Source: a virus
Taxonomy: Duplodnaviria > Caudoviricetes
DNA: 64,000 bases
Strand: one strand, 5' to 3'
Virus record (IMG/VR): IMGVR_UViG_3300028833_000077
Shown: positions 1 to 9,500 of the stretch, one piece after another
Numbering within the stretch: position 1 is the first letter of the stretch
Layout of the letters: every line of letters starts with the position of its first letter
Notes under the pieces: model-generated
What the model was told of the DNA's origin: nothing
Database searches by the model: none
What the model saw: only the letters and a program-made list of their open reading frames with translations
Program-made: the position numbers and the translations under genes

Positions 1-3000
1 AATCCTTCAGGACTGGAGAGATACCAATCTGGAAAACCAAGACGAAGTGGAGGACAAGTTGAATCAGGTGACTTCCCAAATTGGGGAGATCCATGAGAAA
101 TTGTCTCAGAATCCAGACCCAGATACTATCTATACCCTTAATGAAGATCTTGCAAGGCTTAGAACAAAGCAGAATGGTCTGCTTAGGGAAAAGCAGCAGA
201 TTATGGATAGGAACCAAAAGGTAGAACAGACTAATCAGCAAAAACAAGCCATACAGAAGGAACTAGATGATGTAAACAAAAGGCTTCAAGATGACGAGTC
301 TGGTGCTAAAAAATATGAGGACAGACAGGAAGGCCCCTTTATTGACATAAATGGCCAGATGGATGTAACTAATCCAGACAAGATGCGGGAGGTGCTTAAC
401 CGTAATAGGGAGAATATGCTTAGGGGCATTGATGACTATTTGAAGATAAGGAATGATATAGACATAGAAACAGATGGTAAACTGACGGATGACCAGATAA
501 ACTTCCTCTCCAACCTAAGATTTAAAATACTGGATTGGGAACATAGGAGTGATGATATGGCGGAGGATCTAGTGAATACATTAGTTCCTGTGCAGCCTCT
601 TATGGATAAAATCAAGGCTGTTACTGAAGCGGAACTTAAAAAGGCAGAGGAGGCTTTGAAGAAGGCTGAGGAGTCTTTAAAGACTGCATCCGACAAACCT
701 GGGGCAGAAAAGAAAGTAGCTACTGCAAAGAAAAATCTCCAAGATGCAAAATTGGCATCAAAGATAAACAATAATCTGGTAAGCCTATTTGAATTGATTA
801 CTGGAGAGCAGGATGCTACTAGGAAAGAGCAAAAAGCCCTTGATAGGGGATATGGTCGGAATGCTGAGGGCAAGACTTACACGGACCAAAGGGAAGGTAA
901 AAGAGGTATTAACTCCGAAGAAGCCCAAGGTATCCTTGCAAATCCCTTGAATACTAAGACTCTAAAGGCTGCCATAAGGGCTCTTGGCTTGGAAAGTGCC
1001 ATTACAGATAGACTAGTAAGTAATGTAGACGGCTTGCACAGGATTGCAAGCCTAAAGAAGGAATATAACCAGACTGTTCGAGAGTATTTAGGTGACCCTA
1101 CCTTGATCAATAAAGCCTTTGCCCAATCTGAGGACAGGCTAAATCAAAAGGAGCTGGACAATAAAGCCAAGGATTTAGCGTTAAGAATACAAGGGGTAAA
1201 CAATATGACAGAATTGAATCAGGTATTGAAAGAAAGTAATGCCATCAGTCAGAGGGTGACACAAGCAGCCTTACAGAAAGCAAAGCAAGAAGGCAGTGAG
1301 GATATCAAAAACCTTATTAGTGACTTTGAAAAAGGCTCTCAATTCTTCCAAGAGTTTCAGGAACAAGCAAGCCAGCTTTCTCCAGACCTAAATGCTGCAG
1401 TATCAAGTTCTGCTGTCACCTCATGGGAGGAGGCTCTTATGGATAACCTGGATGTATATAACAGATTTGTAGAGCACATGAAGGAAAGTGCAGACTTATT
1501 GGAAAACAGTGGCAATAAAAAAGCAGCGGAGGCTTTAAGGAAAATACTTGAGGATCTTGGAAGTGCCCGGAAAGAGTCTGCTACCAATTCCCATGTTAAA
1601 AACCCTTCCAAGAATACAGAAGAACCTGAGGAGAAAAAGAGTAAGAAGTCTGGGAAGAAAGGCCCAGGAGGTTCCTTCATGAATGCCATGAATGAAGAGA
1701 AAGAGGAAGAGAAGAAAGAGAAACAACAGGTTTCTCCAGAGGCACAGCCTTATATTGACAGGATGAACCATAGCAATAATTCCGAGGAGCTTGACAACAT
1801 TTTCAGTGAAGGTCTAAAGGCAGGTGTTCCTGAGAAAGAGCTGTTTCCAATTTATTCAAAAAGGCAGGCAGAAATCCATAGTAAGAACATGCCAGCAGAT
1901 TTTGATTCTCTCAAGAGTTCCATTGTAAGGGAGCTTCAAGATAACGGTCTTAAGAAAACCACAATAGCCTCTCTTTCAAAGTCCTTACGAGACCGTATAG
2001 ATGCTTGGCACTCTGACCCTGCTCATGAGAAGGTTACTGATACACTCATTAGAGAATGGGTACAAAAAGTTCAAGATGATTTCTGGGAGGATCGTTTCTT
2101 TGAAAGGACTGTGGACGATGTGGAAGAAGATTATGAGGAGTGGAAGGAAAACCGTGGAGATGAAATGTCCCAAGAAACCCAAGGCAACTTCAAGAGTGGC
2201 TATCAATCCGAATTTTATTTCTATGATGGCAGTAACCATCCTCTTGACTACGCTGTGCCTTATCCTGGAGAGGATGATCAGCATAAAAGAGTCAGGAAGA
2301 TTTTGAAAGATTTTCTTGCCTATCAGTTTGTAGATACTAACTGGCTTGGATACGCCATGAAGGCCTACCCTGATGAGAACATCCCAGTACATTTTCTCAA
2401 GACTACTGAACGTGGTGTAAATGTTCCTAATAGGCCCATCACATTTATGGCAATAGAGCTTACCCCTGCAGTCAGAAGGTCAATTCAGAAATGGGCTTAC
2501 AATGAAACTAAAGGCAAGGCAAAAGCCGATATCAGTGAGGGAATCCATCCTGTGGAAATAGGAGGCAAGCAGTATCAGATAATAGGAGTCCTCTCCATTA
2601 ACTCTGATGATGCTGTATCTCCTGAGGTAGCAGATGCATTCGATAGTCTGCAGAAACAGTTGCATGACAGCCTACAGCCTAAGATTACTGAGGAGAGGGA
2701 AAAAGCCAAGAAAGAGGGTAGGGAACCTGAGCCTTTTGTGATGGATGAGTCTTTGAGTTCAGAGATAACCAAGGTCTTTACTGGAAGGCTTGAGAAGTAC
2801 AATGATGCAGATGATGCAGGTGATAAGGTCAGCCTATTTACCTTTATGACTTCCCAACAGGATGGCAGAGAAGACAGGAAGACATCCCTTGAATGGAGAA
2901 ATGGAATTCCCTTCAGGTTTGGTGTGATCGTCAATAAAGAGCTTAAGACTTCTCATATAGAGGCAGATGAGGTTGTAGAGGCTCCTAATGAAGCATGGTG

Positions 3001-4990
3001 TCATAAGAAAGGTAATAATGGAGCTATTCTTCTATTTGTTCCTAGGGCAGATGGGCATCTTTATCCTTTAAGATGTACCAGACGTTCAGTGGAAGCATGG
3101 TTGGATTCCGATGATATTGATGGTGTCCATACAGGAGAGAGTCTGATAAAGGATTTACTTGACCCAGATAGTCCTACAAAGAATGCCTACTTGGAAAGAA
3201 TCATTGAACTTATCAAGATTCTGACAGATGATAGTGATGCTTATAGTTTCAATGAAAGACTGGATGCAAAATACAGGCTTGCCAAGTTCTTCACCTTTGG
3301 TAGAAAGAATCCTATACAGATAGATGTGTCAACTATGGAGGTTATGCTGCAGTTGGAGGAGGAAGAGCCTATTGCCTTAAACAAAGATAACTTGATTGAC
3401 AATGTAATGTTGTTCTTCAATACTATACGCAATAAGGAAAGAATCAGGTTTACACTTCCTACACCTACTTCTGAGACTACAAGCGGCAGTAATCCAGACA
3501 GTAATTTAGATAGTAGAGACGTGATTATGTCTGGAGTCTTTGAGATAGGTCTAAGAGGCTTCTACAACTTCAATGCCAATGTAATAGTCAAGCCTATTAA
3601 TGGTAATGGTGTGGAAGTAAAGATTAAGACAGCTCCTGAAGAGGGTAGGGGGTTTACTCTAAACCAAGATAGGGGGGAAGATAGAAGTTATACAGTAAAC
3701 GGTGTCAAGAAGGATTTCCATATAAGTTATGAGGAAGGTGTGGCTAAAATAACCTATAAGGACGGCACCGAGCCTTCAAATGAGGAGCAGAATATGGTAC
3801 TGGCCTTGGAAAACCTTGGTGAAGAAAATAATAAGGAGACCATTATGAACTTTGTCAACAGTATTAAGAAAGAGTTGGGTGCTGGTTGGAACACTGCCCA
3901 GAAGCAGCTGTTGGCAGATCATTTGTCAGATGCCCTAAATGGTTATTACACTGTATACACTTCTGCTGGGCCCCTTATATATGATTCTAAAGGACAAGAG
4001 CTATTCATGCTAGATAGTGCAAAAGGCCAACAACTTAGAGGTGAACTTAAGGGTAGGGTAATGAATTATCTCCAAATGAACCTGAAGAGCATGATGGCAG
4101 CAGCCCAAAAGAAAGATGACGTTGTAGAAAAGTCCCCTGTGGCTGAATACATGGATAAGGTGGCAGAAGTACTAAAAGAGAAGAGGTTTGGCGGCAGTAA
4201 GACCCTGACCAATAAAGTTGTTGACACTATCGTAGAAGGCCTTGAAGCTATTGATCCTAGTCTTCCGACAAAGGATATTGATGCTGCTATTGATAAGGTA
4301 TTTACAGAAGCAGGTTTTGGTAAGCTCTGGAACAATTTCGACCTGTATAACAATTCGATTAATAGGGTTGGTTTAAGAACTGCCATATACCAAAACAGAA
4401 AGCCTGTTCAAAATGTTGCTGCAACTACTATATCTATCCCTGGTATGGAGGGCAACATAGAGGTCAATGCGGTTGAAGTGGAACGAGGCAACATAAAAGA
4501 AGGAGACCGCATTGCATTTACAGGTCCTGAGGGAGGCATTGTAGCTTCAGGCATTGTCTCTACAGTTGTAGGAAATGATATAGTCATAGATTCCAGCTAT
4601 GTTTTGCCTGATGGTGTACACTACTATAAAGTACTCGACAATGTTATGCCTGGGGTTACTCCTGATGGGGCTCCTCAACGTAAGCAGGCTACTAAATCTG
4701 ATGGTGACGAGGGTAAAGGAAGGTTCTTTAAAGATGTTTCCTTGGAGAGTCTTAAGGGAATGAAGGAGTCAGATTCCTTGCTTGGGGTTATTGCGAAAGG
4801 ATTGAATGATAGAATTTTAAAAGTTCGCACGATATCTATATTTAATGCTCTCAAACAAATAGATGAGAATTTTGGCATTCAAATGTCTGAGACAGACTTA
4901 AAGAAAAAAGTTAAGGGTCTTTTAGGCATGAAGAAAGGATGGAATGAAAAACTTAACGAGTTGGTTCAGGTACTTAGTAAATGTCCCTAA
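1..4990 (+). CDS. Giant virion-associated/ejection (cargo) protein, 5'-truncated (>1647 aa)
   Basis: Frame is open from position 2, so the true start is probably upstream of the window; coiled-coil-rich N-half; adjacent to the RNAP cluster as in crAss-like phages. Confidence 0.7.
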   Translation, partial: ILQDWRDTNLENQDEVEDKLNQVTSQIGEIHEKLSQNPDPDTIYTLNEDLARLRTKQNGLLREKQQIMDRNQKVEQTNQQKQAIQKELDDVNKRLQDDESGAKKYEDRQEGPFIDINGQMDVTNPDKMREVLNRNRENMLRGIDDYLKIRNDIDIETDGKLTDDQINFLSNLRFKILDWEHRSDDMAEDLVNTLVPVQPLMDKIKAVTEAELKKAEEALKKAEESLKTASDKPGAEKKVATAKKNLQDAKLASKINNNLVSLFELITGEQDATRKEQKALDRGYGRNAEGKTYTDQREGKRGINSEEAQGILANPLNTKTLKAAIRALGLESAITDRLVSNVDGLHRIASLKKEYNQTVREYLGDPTLINKAFAQSEDRLNQKELDNKAKDLALRIQGVNNMTELNQVLKESNAISQRVTQAALQKAKQEGSEDIKNLISDFEKGSQFFQEFQEQASQLSPDLNAAVSSSAVTSWEEALMDNLDVYNRFVEHMKESADLLENSGNKKAAEALRKILEDLGSARKESATNSHVKNPSKNTEEPEEKKSKKSGKKGPGGSFMNAMNEEKEEEKKEKQQVSPEAQPYIDRMNHSNNSEELDNIFSEGLKAGVPEKELFPIYSKRQAEIHSKNMPADFDSLKSSIVRELQDNGLKKTTIASLSKSLRDRIDAWHSDPAHEKVTDTLIREWVQKVQDDFWEDRFFERTVDDVEEDYEEWKENRGDEMSQETQGNFKSGYQSEFYFYDGSNHPLDYAVPYPGEDDQHKRVRKILKDFLAYQFVDTNWLGYAMKAYPDENIPVHFLKTTERGVNVPNRPITFMAIELTPAVRRSIQKWAYNETKGKAKADISEGIHPVEIGGKQYQIIGVLSINSDDAVSPEVADAFDSLQKQLHDSLQPKITEEREKAKKEGREPEPFVMDESLSSEITKVFTGRLEKYNDADDAGDKVSLFTFMTSQQDGREDRKTSLEWRNGIPFRFGVIVNKELKTSHIEADEVVEAPNEAWCHKKGNNGAILLFVPRADGHLYPLRCTRRSVEAWLDSDDIDGVHTGESLIKDLLDPDSPTKNAYLERIIELIKILTDDSDAYSFNERLDAKYRLAKFFTFGRKNPIQIDVSTMEVMLQLEEEEPIALNKDNLIDNVMLFFNTIRNKERIRFTLPTPTSETTSGSNPDSNLDSRDVIMSGVFEIGLRGFYNFNANVIVKPINGNGVEVKIKTAPEEGRGFTLNQDRGEDRSYTVNGVKKDFHISYEEGVAKITYKDGTEPSNEEQNMVLALENLGEENNKETIMNFVNSIKKELGAGWNTAQKQLLADHLSDALNGYYTVYTSAGPLIYDSKGQELFMLDSAKGQQLRGELKGRVMNYLQMNLKSMMAAAQKKDDVVEKSPVAEYMDKVAEVLKEKRFGGSKTLTNKVVDTIVEGLEAIDPSLPTKDIDAAIDKVFTEAGFGKLWNNFDLYNNSINRVGLRTAIYQNRKPVQNVAATTISIPGMEGNIEVNAVEVERGNIKEGDRIAFTGPEGGIVASGIVSTVVGNDIVIDSSYVLPDGVHYYKVLDNVMPGVTPDGAPQRKQATKSDGDEGKGRFFKDVSLESLKGMKESDSLLGVIAKGLNDRILKVRTISIFNALKQIDENFGIQMSETDLKKKVKGLLGMKKGWNEKLNELVQVLSKCP

Positions 4991-4993
4991 TGT

Positions 4994-5032
4994 AAAAATA
5001 AAGGGGAGGCCTAAATGACCTCCCTTATTTCT
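4994..5032. terminator. Bidirectional intrinsic terminator at the strand-convergence point
   Basis: AAAAATAAAGGGGAGG-cctaaatga-CCTCCCTTATTT hairpin with A/T tails on both sides, between convergent genes. Confidence 0.75.
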
Positions 5033-5871
5033 TTCTCTCTATGATAGGCATTGTTGAAGAGTTCCTTGAACTGGTCTTTGCTTTTCGATGCTGCCATCAA
5101 GGCTGTAACTCCTACAATCTGATTCTTCAAGTGCTGTCTTCCTACTTCTGGAGTAAGTGACTGGTGCAGTTTATGCTTCCAATTACCTCCTTCAGTCTTG
5201 CCTGTCTTCTCCTTAAGAGCTTCCAGAACACCTTCAGGCAGGGCCTTGTATACATATAGGTTGGTAAGCATTCCTACCAGCATGGGCTTGGTACTCTTTG
5301 TGGAGTCATAGTCCAGTCCCCATAGCCTGAACATTTCTTGATAGAAATCATTGCTGAAGGTCAACTGCCACTTGGCTACTTCATCAGAGACATAGGCTGC
5401 CAGTATCTTCTGAAGCTCAGTGCTCTCTCGCATTGCCTGATAGCCAGTAGCTTCGTCTACCAGAGCTGTTATGCCCACTCTGGCAAATGACCTCATCAGT
5501 ATTTCACATTGGTCAGCTACAATCATTTGTCTTTTAGTCAATTTGACTTCCCTTCTTGCTTCTAGGAGTAAGTCACATATATCTGCAAGTAAGTCTGCTT
5601 TATAGGCACTTATTCTTTTATCGCCATCATAACAGCTGATTGGAGAAAAATGGGCGCATCCTAAGTTGTTGGCAATGAATGGTTTAAGCCTGTCATTAGA
5701 TAGAAATCTATCAATTTTTGTGCCGGTCCTTTCATTTTCAGTAATTCGGAGTCCCATCTGCATTCCTCTACTAGACAATACTCTGGTACCGTCTTCAAGA
5801 ACATAACAAGGAATGGTTGTTCCTGCAAGGTTCAGTTCACCCTTGCATTTTACTTGATTTGATTTACACAT
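5011..5871 (-). CDS. P63C-domain protein (antirepressor-like DNA-binding protein)
   Basis: IPCYVLEDGTRVLSSRGM, ARVGITALVDEATGYQ, F..DFYQEMFRLWG, KHKLHQSLT match the P63C family pattern. Confidence 0.85.
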   Translation of the reverse strand: MCKSNQVKCKGELNLAGTTIPCYVLEDGTRVLSSRGMQMGLRITENERTGTKIDRFLSNDRLKPFIANNLGCAHFSPISCYDGDKRISAYKADLLADICDLLLEARREVKLTKRQMIVADQCEILMRSFARVGITALVDEATGYQAMRESTELQKILAAYVSDEVAKWQLTFSNDFYQEMFRLWGLDYDSTKSTKPMLVGMLTNLYVYKALPEGVLEALKEKTGKTEGGNWKHKLHQSLTPEVGRQHLKNQIVGVTALMAASKSKDQFKELFNNAYHREKEIREVI

Positions 5872-6360
5872 ATTATTAGAATTTATTTATTGATTGGTAT
5901 TTAATTATCAACAAGACATAGTACGTCCCTAAGAGAATCCTCTGGCTCATTATCCTGAAACTTCCACTGCCCGGTCAATATTCAGCTAACTCGTAGCTTT
6001 TCAGCGCTTGCCCCTAACCCCCGTTTACCCTGTACCTTTCATTTCAACATAGTTTGGTGGGGAACAGTTTTATATTCAGAAAGTTTGTGACCTATCGGGG
6101 CTTGAGCTTTCTATCTCAGGACTATGTGCTGTCCCTACAACCCGACTTCTGAGCCTCTATATATCCACTGGACCTTACTAGGCTGTTCATGGGACTATGT
6201 CTCCCAAGGGTCTAAAGTAACTGGTATAAAAACCAGTAAACGAAAAAATTGCAGTCCTAATGTGACGAACAGACTGCAATTATTCCCATTTACTGGTATA
6301 GTTGTCAGGATTTCTCCTGTCAATTTCGGTATGTCTTTGCAGTTATCGTCACTTAACTAC
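5872..6360 (-). ncRNA. Long structured 5' leader, copy 1 (attenuator-like)
   Basis: Nested hairpin 6232-6297 with U-tract; upstream segment 6337-6352 complementary to its stem and loop; homologous to 29323-29438. Confidence 0.6.
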
Positions 6361-6364
6361 GGTG

Positions 6365-6372
6365 CAAAGGTA
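6365..6372 (-). promoter_or_regulatory. Bacteroidetes sigma-A -7 box (TACCTTTG)
   Basis: Matches TAnnTTTG, in AT-rich intergenic DNA ahead of the leader and P63C gene. Confidence 0.7.
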
Positions 6373-6460
6373 CACATTTATATTGAATTGATAGTCATTT
6401 CGTTAGTTAATAATCATTAAAGTAATGTTCTAAGTCATATTAATATATAGTGGCTGGTAT

Positions 6461-6496
6461 AAAATAAAGAGGACACACTTAATAGTATGCCCTCCA
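6461..6496 (-). terminator. Intrinsic terminator after the 1497-aa gene
   Basis: Minus strand GGAGGGCATAC-tattaa-GTGTGTCCTCT followed by TTATTTT. Confidence 0.65.
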
Positions 6497-6529
6497 ATTC
6501 ACATTAACACAACTTAAAGCTGTATGGGT

Positions 6530-9500
6530 TTAGTCATCTTTTTCAAACATTGAGAACATGGAGTCATCAAAGTCGATGGCTTTATATATCTGAGGTAGAT
6601 ATGGAGTTGCTTGGAATGCATCTCTTGAGTACTCTGACCATCCTTGGTACCGCCCTGTCTGCACCTCATCGAATATATTATATATTTCTACCATTTTTCT
6701 CATCCTATCAAACGTGGATACCGCTGCAGCAGGCTGCTGCATAAGAGTGATCAGATTCTTGAAAAACATTGGGCCTGGTACTGATGCCCCTACCTCAAGG
6801 TACATTCTTCTTATTTGATAAAGAGCCATCTTATTGAGCCAGCTCCTGTCATAGTCCTTAACCTTTCCGCCAAGTCTTACAAGGGTAAGCAACATCATAA
6901 AGAGGGATACCTCTGCACATGCTCTTCTGATGTTTGCCAGTTCATGGGGTCCTAGCTTTCCTTCAATATAAGCCTTGTTGAATTCTGCCTGTCCCTTAAT
7001 AATGTCCTTAGAGAGCTGTTGCATGAACTTGTATACAGTTACATAATATCCTTCCCTCCACTGTTCAAGGTCAGCATCATAGTGGGCTCCTGCAAATCTT
7101 CTCATATAATGGGCAGGCATCCACTGACGGAACTGCATGATAAGTCTGCCCCAGGCTTTCTTATGTATTGCACCTTTGTCATTAACTCCAAAGGCACCAT
7201 TCAAAGAATCATTGACTTTACGGATAACTTTCTTCTTTTTGAATATGTATCTTTGGGTAGCATTGTCACTAAGATTCTTCAACGCTACTGTCTCCTTCTT
7301 AATCCTGCCATTTTCATCTCTTACAGGCTTGCCGTAGTTTGGGTTCTTGCTGAATACCCGCCCTTTATCGTCCTTGTAAGTACCTCCTGAAAGGTCTATC
7401 ACATCCTTTTCATAGGCAAGATTCTCCTCTAACTCCAATTTATATATGCCTCTATCATCTTTTACCACCTTAAGAGCATCGTAAAGACTGATTTTTTCTC
7501 CTGCCTTATGCCCATTGGTGTCTTTCGTATACACAAGTTTGGTTGCATTCAGGATGGCCAGCATGGTCTGGCAATGGAGGATATGCTCTCCTGCATTCAT
7601 TCCAATGAACCCTAGAGCATTGTTACCTAGTATTCTTGATAATATATGCTGACTGTGGTGGGTATCCCTCAGACTGTCATAGTAGTCTCCCATAGGATCG
7701 AACATTTGTATAAGCAGGCTGAGTTTGTTTTTCTTGACGGGTTCTGCTATTTCAGCCATACATCCTGGAAGCAAAGCACCGTATTGCCTTACAGCCTTTG
7801 CATAATCTTGAGCACCGAAGTACTCCCCGCCTGCCGCTTCTATCCACTGTTGTATCTTACCTACAGCTACATTGGATAGAGTAGAGAATAGGTTGAGGCC
7901 AAGCCCAAGAAGGCCTGTATAGTCTTTAATGGCATCAAGGGTCTTGGCATAGTCAATATTGACACCGAAGGCCTCCAGTCCTCCCATATCCTCCTTCCTT
8001 TCTTCATAGATGACTGAATCCACGTAGTCATCTAGTCTGTCTATGGTATTTGTTCCATTGCCTGCTCTTTCCACAAATCCCTTATATATTCTGTCAAATG
8101 CTTGGAATCTAGAATATAGTGGGCCATTTCCCTTATTTTCCCAGAAAGTTCTCTGATCCCTTACATAATCCCTTCCTACTTCAATAATGTCTACTACCTC
8201 ATTCATCTTCTCATAGTTGACAGCCATGGCACTATATGCAGTCATGCATCCTGAGAAGTCGGTTGACAGCATCTTCATATCCTTAAGTCTACGAGTGTAA
8301 TAGATGGGCAGTTTCTGTATCCTATGATGGGCGAAGTCTGTATCCACTAAATAGAAGTTCTCCGAAGAGATTCTGCTCAATATTTCTTTGGCACAGTCTG
8401 ATGCTACACTACTGAATTTCTCATTACTACTCTTGGCATTCCTCTTGAACAGCTTAATAACCCTTCTGATGTCTCTTGGGTTGATGACAGAATGTATATC
8501 TTCATCAGTGGCATCTGCCAATGTATTGATAATCTCAACTGCGGCCTTCTGCTCGTTTTCCTCCCTAAGTATAATCTCTTCTATAGTCTTTTGGAAGTCT
8601 TCATTTGTTCCGAATCCTATATCATCAGGCCTTCTACTGAATTTACGAACAAACTGTTCCTTGGTGGCCTTTGCTATGTTCCCAGTGGAATTATCCAATA
8701 TACCCTCCACAAAATCCTTGCTGATGTAGATGGCCCTGTATATAGCCTGCCCTCTATGGGGAATCTTACACATCATTTCCTTTTTCAGCTCTATCATGGC
8801 ATTATAGTAGTCCCTTTGTGCAGGAGCAAGCCTTTCTATACGATCAGCATATTTGGAGTATACTGCAGGGTTTGGAACCATTTCATATACAGCCTCTGGG
8901 TATTTCCTCATTGTCTTGCTTAAGTCATTCTTATGGGAGTTGTAATAATCCTCTACTTCCTTATTGATAAAGATTGGTATAAGTCTCTTGTTCCCTTCCT
9001 TATCTATTTTATTCTTCCACTTTTGCAGAGCGGCCCTGTACTTCTCTCCTGTTATTCCTGCATCTCTCAGTTCCTGCTGTTTTGCATACAGTTCTTGGTT
9101 ATATGTCTCCCAGTCATAGATACTGATGATTCTTCCTGTGGGAACTTCCTCACTGTCTTTTTCCAACATAAAGTCTGAAGAGAATCCTGCCCTTCTCAGC
9201 TTGTCGTCCTCCATAGAAATCCTTGCATTGATGTCAATCATCTCCATATCCCTGTGATACTGTTGGTTTTTGACAATGGCATCAAACAATGTCAATAGTG
9301 AGTCGTCTGCATCACTGAGAGCAGACAGCCATCTGTCAACAAGGTTGATATCCTTTTCAGCATGCTCTAGAATCTCTTTAAGAGACATGACTTCATTTCT
9401 CCTTGAGCCTATTCCACGAACAGTATCCTCTGCATAGACAGTCCTTGATACAGCATAAAGAATATTAAAAGCAGAATCATGGGCGAATTTATTTAGCTTG

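Noticed and set aside
6124-6420. Plus-strand ORFs in non-coding regions (also 29416-29673, 61872-62099, 62112-62498) and the many antisense ORFs inside long genes
   Set aside because: They oppose the uniform minus-strand transcription, overlap promoters, introns or RNA folds, and have no recognisable motifs
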